Below are positions 11,958-25,427 of a DNA stretch of 64,000 nucleotides, in pieces. This DNA is from Octopus sinensis (taxonomy: Eukaryota). The stretch is from assembly GCF_006345805.1 (NCBI RefSeq), contig NC_042998.1, positions 140,306,001 through 140,370,000 on the forward strand, read 5' to 3'. Position numbers and translations under genes: made by a program. Below the pieces are notes generated by a model, which did no database searches, had not been told where the DNA came from, and worked only from the letters and a program-made list of their open reading frames with translations. Each line of letters begins with the position of its first letter. Position 1 is the first letter of the stretch.

Positions 11958-12184
11958 CCAGCATCGATCAAGCGATGTTGTGGGGACAAACACAAACACC
12001 AAACATACACGCACACTCATATATATATACATATATATGACGGGCTTCTTTCAGTTTCCGTCTATCAAATCTACTCACAAGGCTTTGGTCGGCCCGAGTA
12101 GAAGACACTTGCCCAAGGTGCCACGCAGTGGGACTGAACTCGGAACCATGTGGTTCGTAAGCAAGCTACTTACCACACAGCCAC
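11958..12184 (-). mobile_element. SINE family A, 5' two-thirds
   Basis: gacgggcttctttcagtttccgtct..cacttgcccaaggtgccacgcagtgggactgaac..cttaccacacagccac. Confidence 0.85.
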
Positions 12185-12267
12185 TTGAAATTTATAGAAA
12201 AACGAAAGACAGGTGTATGAACAACAGGCAGTTGTATTATAGTTGACGCTAGAGGAAGGTGAAAAAG

Positions 12268-12305
12268 TCTTTTACGTTTCGAGCCAACGCTCTTCAACAG
12301 AAAGG
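12268..12305 (-). ncRNA. Minimal hammerhead motif with CUGUUGA core (PLE-type terminal repeat relic)
   Basis: Reverse: CTTT-CTGTTGA-A-GAGC-GTTG-GCTC-GAAAC-GTA-AAAG. Confidence 0.6.
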
Positions 12306-12395
12306 AATAAAAGAAAATAAACAGAGAAAATGAAAACACACTTGTAGATTTAGCAGTCAAGCATGGTGTATGCATGTATGTGTGTATATGTATGT

Positions 12396-12437
<42 letters not shown>

Positions 12438-12598
12438 TGTGTGTGTGCGTGCGTGTGTGTGTGTGTGTGTGTGCGTGTGTGTGTGTGTAAATGAAGACAG
12501 AAAAAGCGATAGGCAGATAGATAGACAGACCGGCCGACAGACAGACAGATAGCCAGACAAACAGATAGATAGATAGATAGATATATATATATATATAT

Positions 12599-12671
<73 letters not shown>

Positions 12672-13269
12672 GAAAGAAAGAAAGAAAGATTGTTTGTGAG
12701 TGTAAGAAGGGTGTCTTGGTGAGAGAGAGAAATAGATAGATAAATGGATAGACAGATACATAGATAGATAACTAGATAGAGAGAGAGAGGATGGAAAGAC
12801 AGAGAAAGAGAGAGAGGGAGCACGTGCTGATTTGTATGGCTGAGACTATCGGCTTGATGTTGTCTTAATTTTCACGAATAAGCCGGATTTGTTACTTACG
12901 AGTCCGGCAACTCCAAGTCGGTCATTCTGAGAAATCAAATGAACGCGCGCACGCACGTACCCGTACACACACACACACACACACACAACAGAACACACAC
13001 ACACGCACACACATGCAGCACTTTTATACATAAACAGACACGTATATACAGTAATTATAACCAGGGAAATAATCACAGCCAAAAACCATACTGTGCGACA
13101 TGCATACATACATACATACATACATACATACATACATACATACATACATACATACTTACATACATACATACGTACGTACGTACGTACGAACGTACATAGA
13201 TACACACACACATAAATATATGAATTTTTGTATGCATGTATATATGTATGAATACATGCATGCATATAC

Positions 13270-13295
13270 GCGTATATATATATATATATAATATA

Positions 13296-13345
<50 letters not shown>

Positions 13346-13434
13346 CTATATATATATAATATATATGCATATATATATATATATACAATACATATATATG
13401 TTATATATATGTATATATATATGTGTATATATAT

Positions 13435-13465
<31 letters not shown>

Positions 13466-13625
13466 GTATATATAGTATATTTATATATGTATGTATATAC
13501 ACATGTATATATATATATATATGTATATGTATATACATATATATATGTATATATATGTATATACACATATATACATACGTAGACACACACACACACATAC
13601 ACATATGCATTCGCACATATATATA
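13270..13625. repeat. (TA)n/(TATG)n compound microsatellite
   Basis: Direct reading. Confidence 0.95.
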
Positions 13626-14179
13626 TACAAATACAGAGACATCCTGACAAACATTCAAGCATTACGCCACCAAACTGCATCAAACTACACCAAAATTAAT
13701 GATGTCGTGTAAGAGAGTAAAAAAGAGAGTGACGGTGGGAGAGCGCAGAGCGACAGAGAAAGGTGAAGAGAGGGATAGAAACAGAGATAGAGAGATAGAG
13801 AGAGACAGAGGGAGAGAGAGAGGGAGCGAGAGGAAGAGTATTGTAGAAAAACAAAGAAAAAGAACCGTTTAATACAAGAGAGGTTTCACACTCGGGCGCA
13901 AAGTTGAGTTTCCTCTTGCATACGAAAGCAGCTAACGCCTTTCCCAGAGACGAGCTTCATTATCCGGTCGGAAGATCAAACCATAGCCACACTGCGTCGC
14001 ACAGCATGTGGTTATAGCTAAATGGGTCAGCTTTGAAAGAGGCCAGTAATACTCTTGGTAGGCCGCCAGTGTTTAACATTATTACACAGAGTACATCGAT
14101 CGTACAGAGCTGTGATATTCTTTATACATACTCTTATACATACATATGCATGCATACATACATGCATATACATACACAC

Positions 14180-14210
<31 letters not shown>

Positions 14211-14471
14211 ATGTGTGTATGTATGTATGTATATATATACGCATACATGTAAACATACCTAGATACATACATACATACACACACGTGTGTCTGTGTATGT
14301 ATATATATGTATACATGTGTGTATGTGTCTATATATATATATATATGCTCGTATGTACATATATACATGCATATATATAATGTATACACGTTTGGATGTA
14401 TGTTTCTCTGTCTCTATGTGTATGTCCATATTTGAATATATATAATATAATGCGTACATGTATGTACGTAC

Positions 14472-14517
<46 letters not shown>

Positions 14518-14520
14518 GTA

Positions 14521-14812
14521 TGTGGAGGCACATGACCTAGAGGCTGGAGCAGCGGACTCGTGGTCGTGGGATCGCAGGTTCTCATCTCAGACCGGACAAT
14601 GTGTTGTTTTATGAGCAAAAACCCTAAGCTCCGCACGGCTCCGGCAAAAGGTAATGGTGAGCTTCCGCTGATTCTTTCGCCACAACATTCTCTCGCTCTT
14701 TCCTCCTGCATCTAACAGCTCACCTACGACGGACCGGCGTCCCGTCCTGGTGGGGAACCCGTGCGGCAATGAAACCGGCCCTTATGAACTAGGCATGGCT
14801 CGAGAAGGAACA
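14521..14812 (+). mobile_element. tRNA-derived SINE family D
   Basis: Head gaggcacatgacctagaggct..gcagcggactcgtggtcg matches the copy at 44987; tail catggctcgagaagg followed by (CA)n. Confidence 0.65.
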
Positions 14813-14847
<35 letters not shown>

Positions 14848-14927
14848 CACATACAAACATACACACATACACATACATACACACACACATACATACATAT
14901 ATGTTGTTGTTTGTTCCTTCTCGAGCC

Positions 14928-15006
<79 letters not shown>

Positions 15007-15138
15007 ATATATATATTAATATATAATATATATTATATATATGTGTCTGACTGAAGATTGAAGGCTTCGAATGATTTGTCTGTGTTCCGTGTTCGTCCCT
15101 TCCTGTATTTCACGTTCATTATATATATAAAAACATTC

Positions 15139-15201
<63 letters not shown>

Positions 15202-15282
15202 TAGTTGAATGAATTATCTTAGTATGGATAATTCGGTTAACCGATACCTGGGTAGCAAATTCACGTCAGAAAAATACATAAG

Positions 15283-15381
15283 TTCCTTGTTTTTCCTGAT
15301 GAGGAGGCGGCATAATGCACCTCTTATTCCTTTGAAATTAGGAATATGCAGCCTTCGAAACATATGTCGAGAATAAAGGAA
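15283..15381 (+). ncRNA. Type I hammerhead ribozyme with intact core and extended stem II
   Basis: Stem I ttccttgtttttc/gagaataaaggaa; CTGATGA 15296-302; stem II GGAGGC/GCCTTC plus GCATA/TATGC; GAAAC-ATAT-GTC 15357-68. Confidence 0.85.
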
Positions 15382-15889
15382 TTTTGTTAAATCGTCGTTC
15401 AGCTCCATTCTTTCATTTATTTGTGTGTGTATATATATATGTATATATACTCACACATAAATATATTACATCAGCATACAAATTTTGGAATTGCAGCTAA
15501 TGACAGAACAATATAGTCGCCCAATTTCCAAGAAATAACACTGAAATGTCCCTCATATTACATCCTACTTAAAAAAAAAGTTTGCGAAGGATCATATTAC
15601 ATTATTGTTCCCCACTTGATCAGTAAAAGACGGAGGTGGATAGGTCATTGCTGGAACGCCTCACTATTCTATTCGATGAGAGCTGACTTGCGAGGAAGGA
15701 TAAAAAAATCCCAACAAATTTTAGAATTAGAAAGATAGTAAGAACAGAATAGAATGAAGGCTTATGAATATCCCAAGAGCTTTAGGGATTCCTAGCTAAA
15801 GTAGTTTTTGCATGAAAATGTAATTGAGTAGCAGATGGTCCATTGTGGTTTATGAAATCATTTCAGTGGTACATATTGTCTAGTGTTAA

Positions 15890-16325
15890 ACGGATGCAAG
15901 ATGAATTAATTACGGTGAGACATGCCAAAATAACGTAAAAATTGGTAGAAACCTAGATGTGCTCCACCAGAGATGCTTGAGAAAGATTCTGAGAACGTAC
16001 TGACAAGACCAGAGAACTAATGAAAACATTCTAAAGGCAGCCAGCACAAGACCGCTCACGAAATCATTACAGAACGACGAAGATTAAAATGAGCAGGTCA
16101 CACACTTCGATTTCCAGAATAACGTCATTCTGAAACAGCTTTCAAGTGGACACCACATGACAGAAAAAGAGAGGAAGCCCGAAAACTACTTGGTCCAGAA
16201 CATTCATAAGCGACATGAGGGAGCAGTCAATGTCACATGACCGGATGCAGAGAAAACTGTATCCAAAAGAAACCAATAACGTCAACTCGCTGCACGAAGT
16301 GCTCGAGAGTATAGGAGGTGCTGAG
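15890..16325 (+). mobile_element. RTE-like LINE 3' relic
   Basis: Frame-hopping LDVLHQRCLRK, TNENILKAA, RRLK.AGHTLR, RGRPKTTWSRT motifs typical of RTE ORF C-termini. Confidence 0.6.
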
Positions 16326-16419
16326 ACTGATACTGAGCTTCTTTTTTTAAAGGAAGAAACGTTGTCAGCCATGAACTGAGTCATACAGAATATATTCTGT
16401 TCAATTCTGTCATTTTTAA

Positions 16420-16736
16420 AGCCTTGTACTTATTAAGTCGGTCTTTATTGCCGAGCTGCTAAGTTACTGGGAAGTAAACACACCAACACCGGTTGTCAAG
16501 CAGCGGATGGGGGATAGGCAAGCACAAACACAGACACATAGCGTGTGCGCGTACATACGCACACAAACACACTTACGACGGGCTTCTTTCAGTTTCCGTC
16601 TACCAAATCCACTGAACAAGATTTTGGTCGGCTCGAGGCTATAGTAGAAGATATTTACCCAAAGTGTCACGCATTGGGACTGAACCCGGAACCATATGGT
16701 TGGGAAGCAAGTTTCTTACCGCACAGCCACGCCTGC
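16420..16736 (-). mobile_element. SINE family A
   Basis: Family A head (gcaggcgtggctgtgcggtaagaaacttg) and body on the reverse strand. Confidence 0.85.
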
Positions 16737-17224
16737 ATCTAACTGGAAAATGAAATATTCTTACCACGCGGCTCCGTGAACAGAAACAAATGTGGATTGA
16801 ATCTCATGCAGGACACAGTATAACAGTCGAAATAGCAATTAATAGAGATGGATCTCCACCGGTTTCCACGATGAGAGTTCAGTTATTCACCCGAATAACC
16901 TGCCCTTGAATTAGAGTGTTATAGCTAAATCTCCCACAGACACATGTAACCTTAACATAATTCTCAGGCTGTCGACGTGACAAAGTGTGTGTGTGTGAGA
17001 GAGAGAGAGAGGGAGAGAGAAGGCTGCATCTAAGCCATACTACGTCATTCAATAGAGTATAGCTGTAAGGCTAAGTTTTCATCGTAACCAGAATGTTCCG
17101 GGTTCGATCCCATTGCCTAGCATCATGAGCAAATGTTATTTATTTATAATCTCGAATTATCACATATTTTATGGTGGTGGTGGTGGTGGTGGTGGTGGTG
17201 GTGGTGTGTGTGTGTGGTGTGTGT

Positions 17225-17257
<33 letters not shown>

Positions 17258-18301
17258 CTTATTTACGTATCGTTCTTAATGTTTATACACCGTTGACAGG
17301 CAAAGTGCAACGGTTTTCGTCCGAGATAAAATTTCTAATAAGCTGTTTAAAACACAATATATATAAGGTGGAGACAAAAATTCTTCTTGGCAGAGGCAAA
17401 CAAAAGCGTCAAATGCATTCCGGCTTTAATGAGCTTTGACAATAATAGAACTTGTAACCACTTACCTAGATAACATTTGTCGCCTCCAATATACAGTGAA
17501 TAATAGTACATTTACTGATATTGTAAATGGTCACCATGTTGAATAAAACATCCGGTATGCGCAATTGCAGCAATCAGGTTCACCACATCTGGCTGGAAAC
17601 TCAGAACTTTGATAACCAGAACAAATAGCACAAAAAAAGTTCACAAATTTAGAGCTCTCGGACTGCTATTATATTTTATCGACCTCAGTAGAGTGAAGGA
17701 TAAAGTTTAGATTTGGACTAACAACACAAATAGCCAGAACAAATGCGGTAAAACATTTGACTGACGCTCTAATGACTCTATTAAATAACCCATATCGAAT
17801 GAGAGAAACTAGGTAGGCGAAAACTGTATAGAAGCGTGTCAAGTAGATATTGCTTATCATTCAATAGGCATAGCATTTGACGCTGCTCCTATCTGAGAAA
17901 TTCCTTAAGGGCACACATATCTTCGGGAGACTCAACCACTTCACACGCTAATTCAGGAGCAAGTAGTTTAGTTGAATGAACAACCGAAGAATCGTTGTCA
18001 AAACTGACGGAGATCCATTTACTGTTCACACATCTGGCATATACATGCGCGCGCACATACACAGACGTATATATTTATCAAATAGGGGAGGTCCAATGAC
18101 GTCATTTGTGACCCTGTGTTGAGATTATCACACATATTGTCTACAAGGAGGAATTTTCGTTCGGGTCAAATTCTGCAGCGTATTGTCTTTCAATGTCCAA
18201 GGGTACACGAACATATTAAATATCGTTGTTCACGCCTAATTACACAGGTATACATACATATATGCATATATATAACCATATACGTATAATGTATATATTT
18301 A

Positions 18302-18335
<34 letters not shown>

Positions 18336-19017
18336 TGTGTATGTGTGTATGCGGGTGTGTGTGCGTATGTGAGCGCGTGCGTGTGTGTTCATATATATAT
18401 ATATATATATATGTATTTGTTTGATAGTTTTTATGTTAGTTATTTGTTTTTGTGCAGCAAACCATGAATTTCATGTTTGATCACGAAAGTATAGGGAATA
18501 CAGTTGCGTCGAGTGACTCCGGTGGTTCCAGATATGTCATGGCGTAAATATAGCGTGGAAAATTTCTACTATATATATATATATGTATGTATGTATATAT
18601 GTATGTTTTATGATATGCGCCTATTTCTTTTTAATCTGTTTGCATATATATGTGTGTGTGTGTATGTATGTATGTATGTGAGTATGTGTGTGTGTTTTAA
18701 TATAACGTTGTTATTTTAAAGCACTTTTAAGAATAACCACAGAGCATTTACCGATGGTGTAACTGTGTGCCAGCAACTCTCAACCTTTATCAATTCACTT
18801 AGTGCCCCCTCGGATCTCTTCTCGTATTCCAGAACCCCACTTAGGAGCTCTTCTCGGATTACAGGGCCCCACCCTTTGTCAAAAAGGGAACATGATAATT
18901 AAAAGAAATAGTAAATAATTTTTCTTTTATTGAATACAAATAAATGAACTTTCCGATATTGTAGACATAACTAAACACGAACTGTATGAAATTAGAGATT
19001 TAACATTTATAGCGACT

Positions 19018-19240
19018 GAGGGTGCGGGTCGGTAGAAATTTTAGGGCGTAGGCCAAAAAAGGCTTGGCGACATTTTTTCTGGCTCTTTACGTTCTGAGTT
19101 CAAATTCCGCCGAGGTCGACTCTGCTTTTCACCCTTTCGAGCACGATAGAATAAATACCAGTCATGTACTGGGGATCAATGTAATCGATTTAGCCCTTTC
19201 CTCTCATCTTGCTAGCTTTGTGCCAAAATTAGAATGAATA
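19018..19240 (+). mobile_element. SINE family B
   Basis: ttacgttctgagttcaaattccgccgaggtcgactctgcttttcaccctttcg..taccagt..ctggggatcaatgtaatcgat. Confidence 0.75.
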
Positions 19241-20401
19241 TTTTATAACTACTGCAATCTTTGAGGTTGATATGATACTAGAGAGTTTTATGATATTGGG
19301 GTTACAGATTTTATAATGACAGTCGCGAGTTTCCTCTTGTGTTGTCAAATCTGTTTTTCGATTCTGTTAAGTAGCTTCCTATCGAACTCCGCACACGACA
19401 AATACTCTGAGAGAAATCAAGGAAATACGTTTGGTCTGTTTTCTATAGTGTTGAAAATTTATTTGGCAGATTACTTTTGATCCAAGCACGGTAGGTCTTT
19501 GCGGGCTCTGAACGATGTATTAGGTATCTGCTGCCGATGAAGAGTAACGACGCAAAATCACGTGTCCTACAGTCCAGCAACCCCATTCGTAGCACTCACC
19601 TGCGTGTTTTTACACACTTTGTCCATAAGGAGAATTTCTCTTCCGAAACAGTTTCTACAGTGAAGATATCCCTTCGATTGAGTGTACATGAACGTGTAAT
19701 ATAAAGGCACACAGATATATTTTAATCATTGTATGCCTTTAATTATTTCATGAAACAGATCGGATAACGTGCAATGATATCGTACAACATCAGTGCCTCA
19801 ATTTGGATGGATTCAACTTCAAATAAATTCAAAATTCAATTGGGAATGTCTAGGTTTAAAAGGTCATCAAATCTTTTTTTGCAATTCTTTGGGTATTTTT
19901 TCAAGATGATTCATATAAACGATAAAATTATCGCGTTTTCAAAGCCTCGGCGATTGTTTTCAGTTTTGGAAACTATGAAAATTCCAAACGTTCTACGTTG
20001 TAGCAATATACTTCGAATTCCTAAAGGAAAGAAACAATTCCTTCCTTACTTTCTATGAGGTCGCTAGTTTTGCTTCGTAATGTTGAAGTGTTTTTTTTTT
20101 GTTTTTTGTTTCTTTTTATTAAAGATTTCAACCAGACTAAAATATATCCGTCTTAACTTCAACGAGCCTATTTTTTATTCTCTTTATCAAACGTAAAAGA
20201 AATTATAGTGCTCCATAGCGTCACAAGAGATTGAAGACAGTTGCCCATAGAAAGCTACCCCACTTTCGCACATAGCAGCAGTTTCTGGGAGTTCTCACAA
20301 TTTTCTTCACATCGCTATCGGAAAAGATGTTCCTGAAACATTTTGGATTTGATAAAGTTTACTGTCTTTTATGACATCTAAAAGTAACAGACGGAGACAT
20401 A

Positions 20402-20636
20402 CTCTTTTACACTTTTACTTGTTTCAGTCATTTGACTGTGGCCATGCTGGAGCACTACCTATAGTCGTCCAAATCTACCCCAGGACTTATTCTTTCTAAG
20501 CCTAGTACTTATTCCACCGGTCTCTTTTGCCGAACCGCTAAGTTACGGGGACGTAAATACACCAGCATCGGTTGTCAAGCGATGTTGAAGGGGGGGGGAC
20601 AAACGCAGATACACAAACATATACACACACATACAT

Positions 20637-20690
<54 letters not shown>

Positions 20691-20850
20691 CGGGCTTCTT
20701 TCAGTTTCCGTTTACCAAATCCACTTACAAGGCTTTCGTCGGCCCGAGGTTATAGTAGAAGACATTTGCCCAAGATGCCACGCAATGGGACTGAACCCGA
20801 AACTATGTGGTTGGTAAGCAAGCTACTTACCACACAGCCATCCTGCGCCT
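20402..20850 (-). mobile_element. SINE family A, full length
   Basis: Complete head, CORE-like block, internal (TA)/(TG) tract and tail. Confidence 0.9.
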
Positions 20851-20869
20851 ATAAAATTTTTATTTACTA

Positions 20870-21530
20870 GGTGCGTCATATGAATCGTACAATGTAGTAA
20901 ATACAATCAGTATAACTCTGGTTTGATGGGTAGCTAATCCTCTGCAGCGACCCATCACAGAAGCGGCACGATCAGTTACACATGAGATTATGCTCTCCTC
21001 CAATGGTATGTTGCTTAAGTTGAGCTCATCAAAAACAGACAATCTCTTAGTAACTGATTTAATCTTCCCAGCAAACAGTAACTCTTCTATTAGTTCACTT
21101 CAATTCCAGAATGTTACGTAAGCCGTGAGAAGAGCATCGTTACCTTACAAATTAGTTTCGTTTATTTGCAAAGAGAATTTATTGAATTAAACTGAACTGA
21201 ACTAACTCCTCTTCAAAGTTACGTGTCATATCATCGATTCTTCTGACAATGATGGAATTATTCAAAGAAATATTCTGAAGTATTTCGTTGGCACTTAATT
21301 TCATGAGGTCAATAAACTATTACTAAGAACGAAGGCAGAATAACTGACTCACCAATGTTTTGATGATTTCAAGTCTTAGGAATCATCTTAATAATGTTGT
21401 ATGATGCAGTAAGATTTTTTTTTTTTAATTTCCGTTACGTTTGATTAAGCATCTTCTTCAGCGTCGGCCTCCTCTCAAAATGATCTCGAAGGGTTTTGGA
21501 AAAATTCAAGAGTTTATTGTTCTTATCAAG
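20870..21530 (-). pseudogene. hAT (Charlie/ZBED5-like) transposase relic
   Basis: Reverse frame-hopping LTASYNI, IGESVILP (about 21344-58), RRIDDM (about 21227-44), SLQINET, EELLF, CVTDRAASVMG motifs. Confidence 0.6.
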
Positions 21531-22127
21531 ATGAGAGTTATCGTAGTGTAAGGACACATTGGCCTCAAAACGCACCCAAATATATATTTATAAAAAAATA
21601 CACATACGTGCGTTTAGTAGTATGATTAACAGGAATACAATGGATTTTAAATAAAAATATTTACTCACCAGGTAAATTAAAAAGGTAATAATCGATCACA
21701 TGACAAATGTGGCATCAGATCTTGCTTCAAATTTGTCCATGCAAGGATGTTAACTGTCCAGTTAATAGGGCCACTTATGCTCGCCCGGGGCCCTACTTCT
21801 CCGATTTTTCAGGTTGTGATCTCCTCTTATAAAGTGAAAGTTTCACACATGGGGCCTTACGGCCCTCGGTTGAGAATGGTTACTCATACAAGAATAGAGT
21901 CGCATTCATTGCAAAATCATGTCAGTGAGATTTCAATACGAGCGCGCTCATACACACACACACACACACACACACTCTAACACACATATACACACACTCT
22001 CTCTCTCTTTGTGTCTCTCTCTCTGTCACACACACACTTACACGTACATGCATGCAAGTATGTATATATGTGTATGTATGCATGCATGTATGTGCGTGTG
22101 TGTGTATGAATATATAATATATATACA

Positions 22128-22182
<55 letters not shown>

Positions 22183-22243
22183 TATCTGTGTGTGTGTGTA
22201 TGTATGTATGTATGTATGTATGTATATGTGAGGTGTATATATA

Positions 22244-23444
22244 TTTGGTCATCCCATAAATATGCGTTTTTTTATACTTCTTTTATTTTTCAAAATTAAA
22301 ATAAACAAGGTTCTGTTTTAATCCTTCATTTTCTACAATGCTCTTCCATCTAACTGGTTGACTTGCAAGGCCCCTCTTCCAAAATTCACTTGTCCGTGGC
22401 GAAAAATACTCCTCCACTACTGTTCTGACTTCGTCTATAGAATTCATATTTTTTCTGTCCAAATGATTTTGAAGACTGTGGAATAAATAATAATCAGATG
22501 GGGCAATGTCAGGTGAATATGGTGGGTGGGGCATCGTTTTCCATTCAAACTGCTTCAGCCTTTGAAATGTAATCCTTGCTGTATGTGGCCGAGCATTATC
22601 CTGATGGAAGAACACCTTTCGTCTTGAAAGCAAAGATGGTCTCTTCCTTCTAACACTGACTTAAGCCGCTCATGCTACCCGCAGTATATCTCCTTTGTTA
22701 TCGTTTGGTTTGGGTCTAAAGGTTCAGAGTTGACTAACCTTTCATATCCCACCAAACAGATAATAACACCCTACGTAGGCGAAGACCTTCTTTAGCCTGG
22801 GGTGCCGATATTTATGCTTTCTCTATCCACTATCTTCAGCGCTTGACATTTTTATAGAAAATCCATTTTCAAAAAAGGTTCATTCGTGAGGCGTGACAGC
22901 AAAGAAGAGCACCCATTCACTCTCTGCGCGCAATTAGACTCGGAAAGTTTGTGAGGAAATCATTGATCCAATTTGCTGACTTTTCTGATGGCACGCAGAT
23001 ATCAATAAATGGTTGGGTGACCAAATCCAAGCTTCTCTACTAGTTCCTCAACATTTACAATGGGATTTTGTTCCACGAGAGTTTGCAAGACGTCTTCTGT
23101 AGTGTCCGGCTCGGAATTTCTGGTACCACGGTTGACACTGACTTACGCTTATTGTCCGATCCCGATATACTGCATTAACATTCCTCGCAATTTCCGTTGC
23201 ATATTTGCCTTTATTGAACTCATAAAGCAAAATATGCTGAATATGTTCCTTTGTCACTTCCATTATAGCTTTGAAAAAATAAGTTAAAATTGAACTGCAC
23301 TCTCCAAAACTTGTGCTAAAAATAAGGACACGGTAAAATTGCTACCTGCTTTTATAGCAAGTTGATACGGGTAGTTTATCCCGTCCCCCTTCAACTTTTA
23401 GTTCATGCAATTAAAAAAACCGCATTATTAATGGGATGAACCAA
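22244..23444 (-). mobile_element. Mariner element (DD34D), near full length, inactivated
   Basis: TIRs ttggtcatcccataaatatgcgtttt / aaaaccgcattattaatgggatgaaccaa with TA flanks; MEVTKEHIQHILLYEF N-terminus; HQDNARPH..YSPDIAPSD with 34-aa spacing. Confidence 0.93.
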
Positions 23445-23560
23445 TATATGTATATATTTATATGCATATCCACAAACACACATAGATATACATAAATATA
23501 TGCATATATATATTTCAAGGAAAAGATTGGCAGTAACTTCCAAGTTTTATGTGTATGTAC

Positions 23561-24822
23561 ACAGACATGCAGGAAGTAAATAGACACCTTTAATTTTCAA
23601 AATCTTTTATTTAATACTTAAAGCGAACAATTGAAATGTAATCGATAGGTAGGACTACATACTTTAGTATTTAGTTGACATTCCCTTTGCAGTTTCTAAT
23701 TCAGAAACTCTTTTTGGCATTGAACTGATAAGCTTTGTGTTTGTCTCTTGTGGAATTTCTGCCCACTTTTCACGCAACAATCGAAACAATTCATCTTTAG
23801 ATTTGGCTTCTGTCGTATTTTTCGTATAGCTTTATCTAGTATGCTCCAAAGAGTTTCAATTGGGTTCATGTCAGGAGATTGGCTCGGCCAAGGAAGCTTT
23901 TTGATCCCATTTTCAGTCAGCCATTGTTGATTCCTTTTCCCTTTGTGGCATGGAGCCCCATCTTCCATGAGTAAAAACTCATTTTTCGTTATGTTATCGA
24001 GTGAATATATCGGAAGTAGTCCTTGCTTAAGTATTTCGATGTAATTTTCAGAGTTTATGGTTCCGACACATTCAATCAGCTCAGAACGGCCATTACTGCT
24101 GACGGCTCCCCATACCATTACAGAGATACCGCCATGTTTCACAGTTGGTTGGGATTGTTTCAAATCAAATTCTTGATTGGGAAGCCTCCAGACCCAAACA
24201 CGTCCACTGTCCGAAAATAATGCAAATCTGGATTCATCTGAGAAAATCACTCTACCCCAAAATTAACTGGATTTTTCTACTTCTCCTTAGCCCTTTCTTT
24301 TATTTTCATGATATTAATTGGTTGAAGGAGAGGTTTTCTTCTAGCTGTTCGTCCATAATACCCAAGCTTATACAGATATGTAATATACGTTCTTGGACTA
24401 ACTTCTAGCTGTTTTGCAATGTCAGAAGCCTCCGAATGGGGTTCGTTTGCCACAATTCTCTTCAAACAGCGAAGCTTCCTTTCCAAGGAACCAAGTCGGC
24501 CGGGATGAGAATCTGATGATTCTTCTCCTTGGTCTTTGAAATGCACTATAATTCTATTAACAGTAGCAAGAGGAATTTGAAGATTTTCGGCAATTTTTCG
24601 CTGGCTAAGACCAACCTCAGATTGCCCAACCTCTTTGAAAACTTACAGTTCTGCTGGATTTTTGTGCATAGCATGGTTACTCTCCGCAAATGTTTAATAT
24701 AATGGCACCTGGAATGAAAAAGAATGATTACATTGTAAATTCTACACCGCTGAAAACTTATTAAGATGCTTAGATCAGAAATTTTGAAAATTATCCGTGT
24801 CTATTTACTTCCTGCATGTCTG
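23561..24822 (-). mobile_element. Tc1 element (DD34E), full length with matching 26-bp TIRs
   Basis: TIR CAGACATGCAGGAAGTAAATAGACAC at both ends; HTH LSQRKIAENLQIPLATVNRII; SDESRF, VMVWG, MEDGAPCH..SPDMNPIE (34-aa spacing); ORF broken. Confidence 0.95.
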
Positions 24823-25197
24823 TATGTGCATACACACACACACACATATACACGCACACACGCACGCACACATGCGTGTTTGTGCGCGTGCGTACGTGTT
24901 TACAGATTCGTGTATATGCATATCACAATATATGAAATATTGCTATATATATATAAGCCTCCAGGAATGCATAAAACTTATATATATATCAAGACATTTT
25001 GCTCTTTAAAATAATGATTGAAATCTATACAGAATGGCAAAAGTTTGGAATGTCATCGTTCCAATGATGGCATATCGACAACAGATCTCCTGTTGGTTTG
25101 ACTTAGCTGTTTGACCCTCGACCTATGAGGAGGCCTCTACCTAGCTGCGCAATCTGCTAGAAAAAAAAACCCAGCTAAATTTATCTCAAGTCATACC

Positions 25198-25427
25198 TAT
25201 TTATTTATTATCCACAAGGGGCTAAACATAGAGTGGACAAACAAGGACAGACATAGGTATTAAGTCGATTACATCGATCCCAGTGCGTAACTGGTACTTA
25301 TTTAATCGACCCCGAAAGGATGAAAGGCAAAGTTGACCTCGGCGGAATTTGAACTCAGAACGCAACGGCAGACGAAATACGGCTACGCATTTCGCCCGGC
25401 GTGCTAACGATTCTGCCAGCTCGCCAC
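25198..25427 (-). mobile_element. SINE family B, full length with 13-bp TSD
   Basis: ctcaagtcatacc at 25185-97 and 25428-40 flanks a complete copy. Confidence 0.92.

Noticed and set aside
15045-15090. ctgaaga..gcttcgaa upstream of the intact ribozyme
   Set aside because: Too degenerate; stems cannot be assigned
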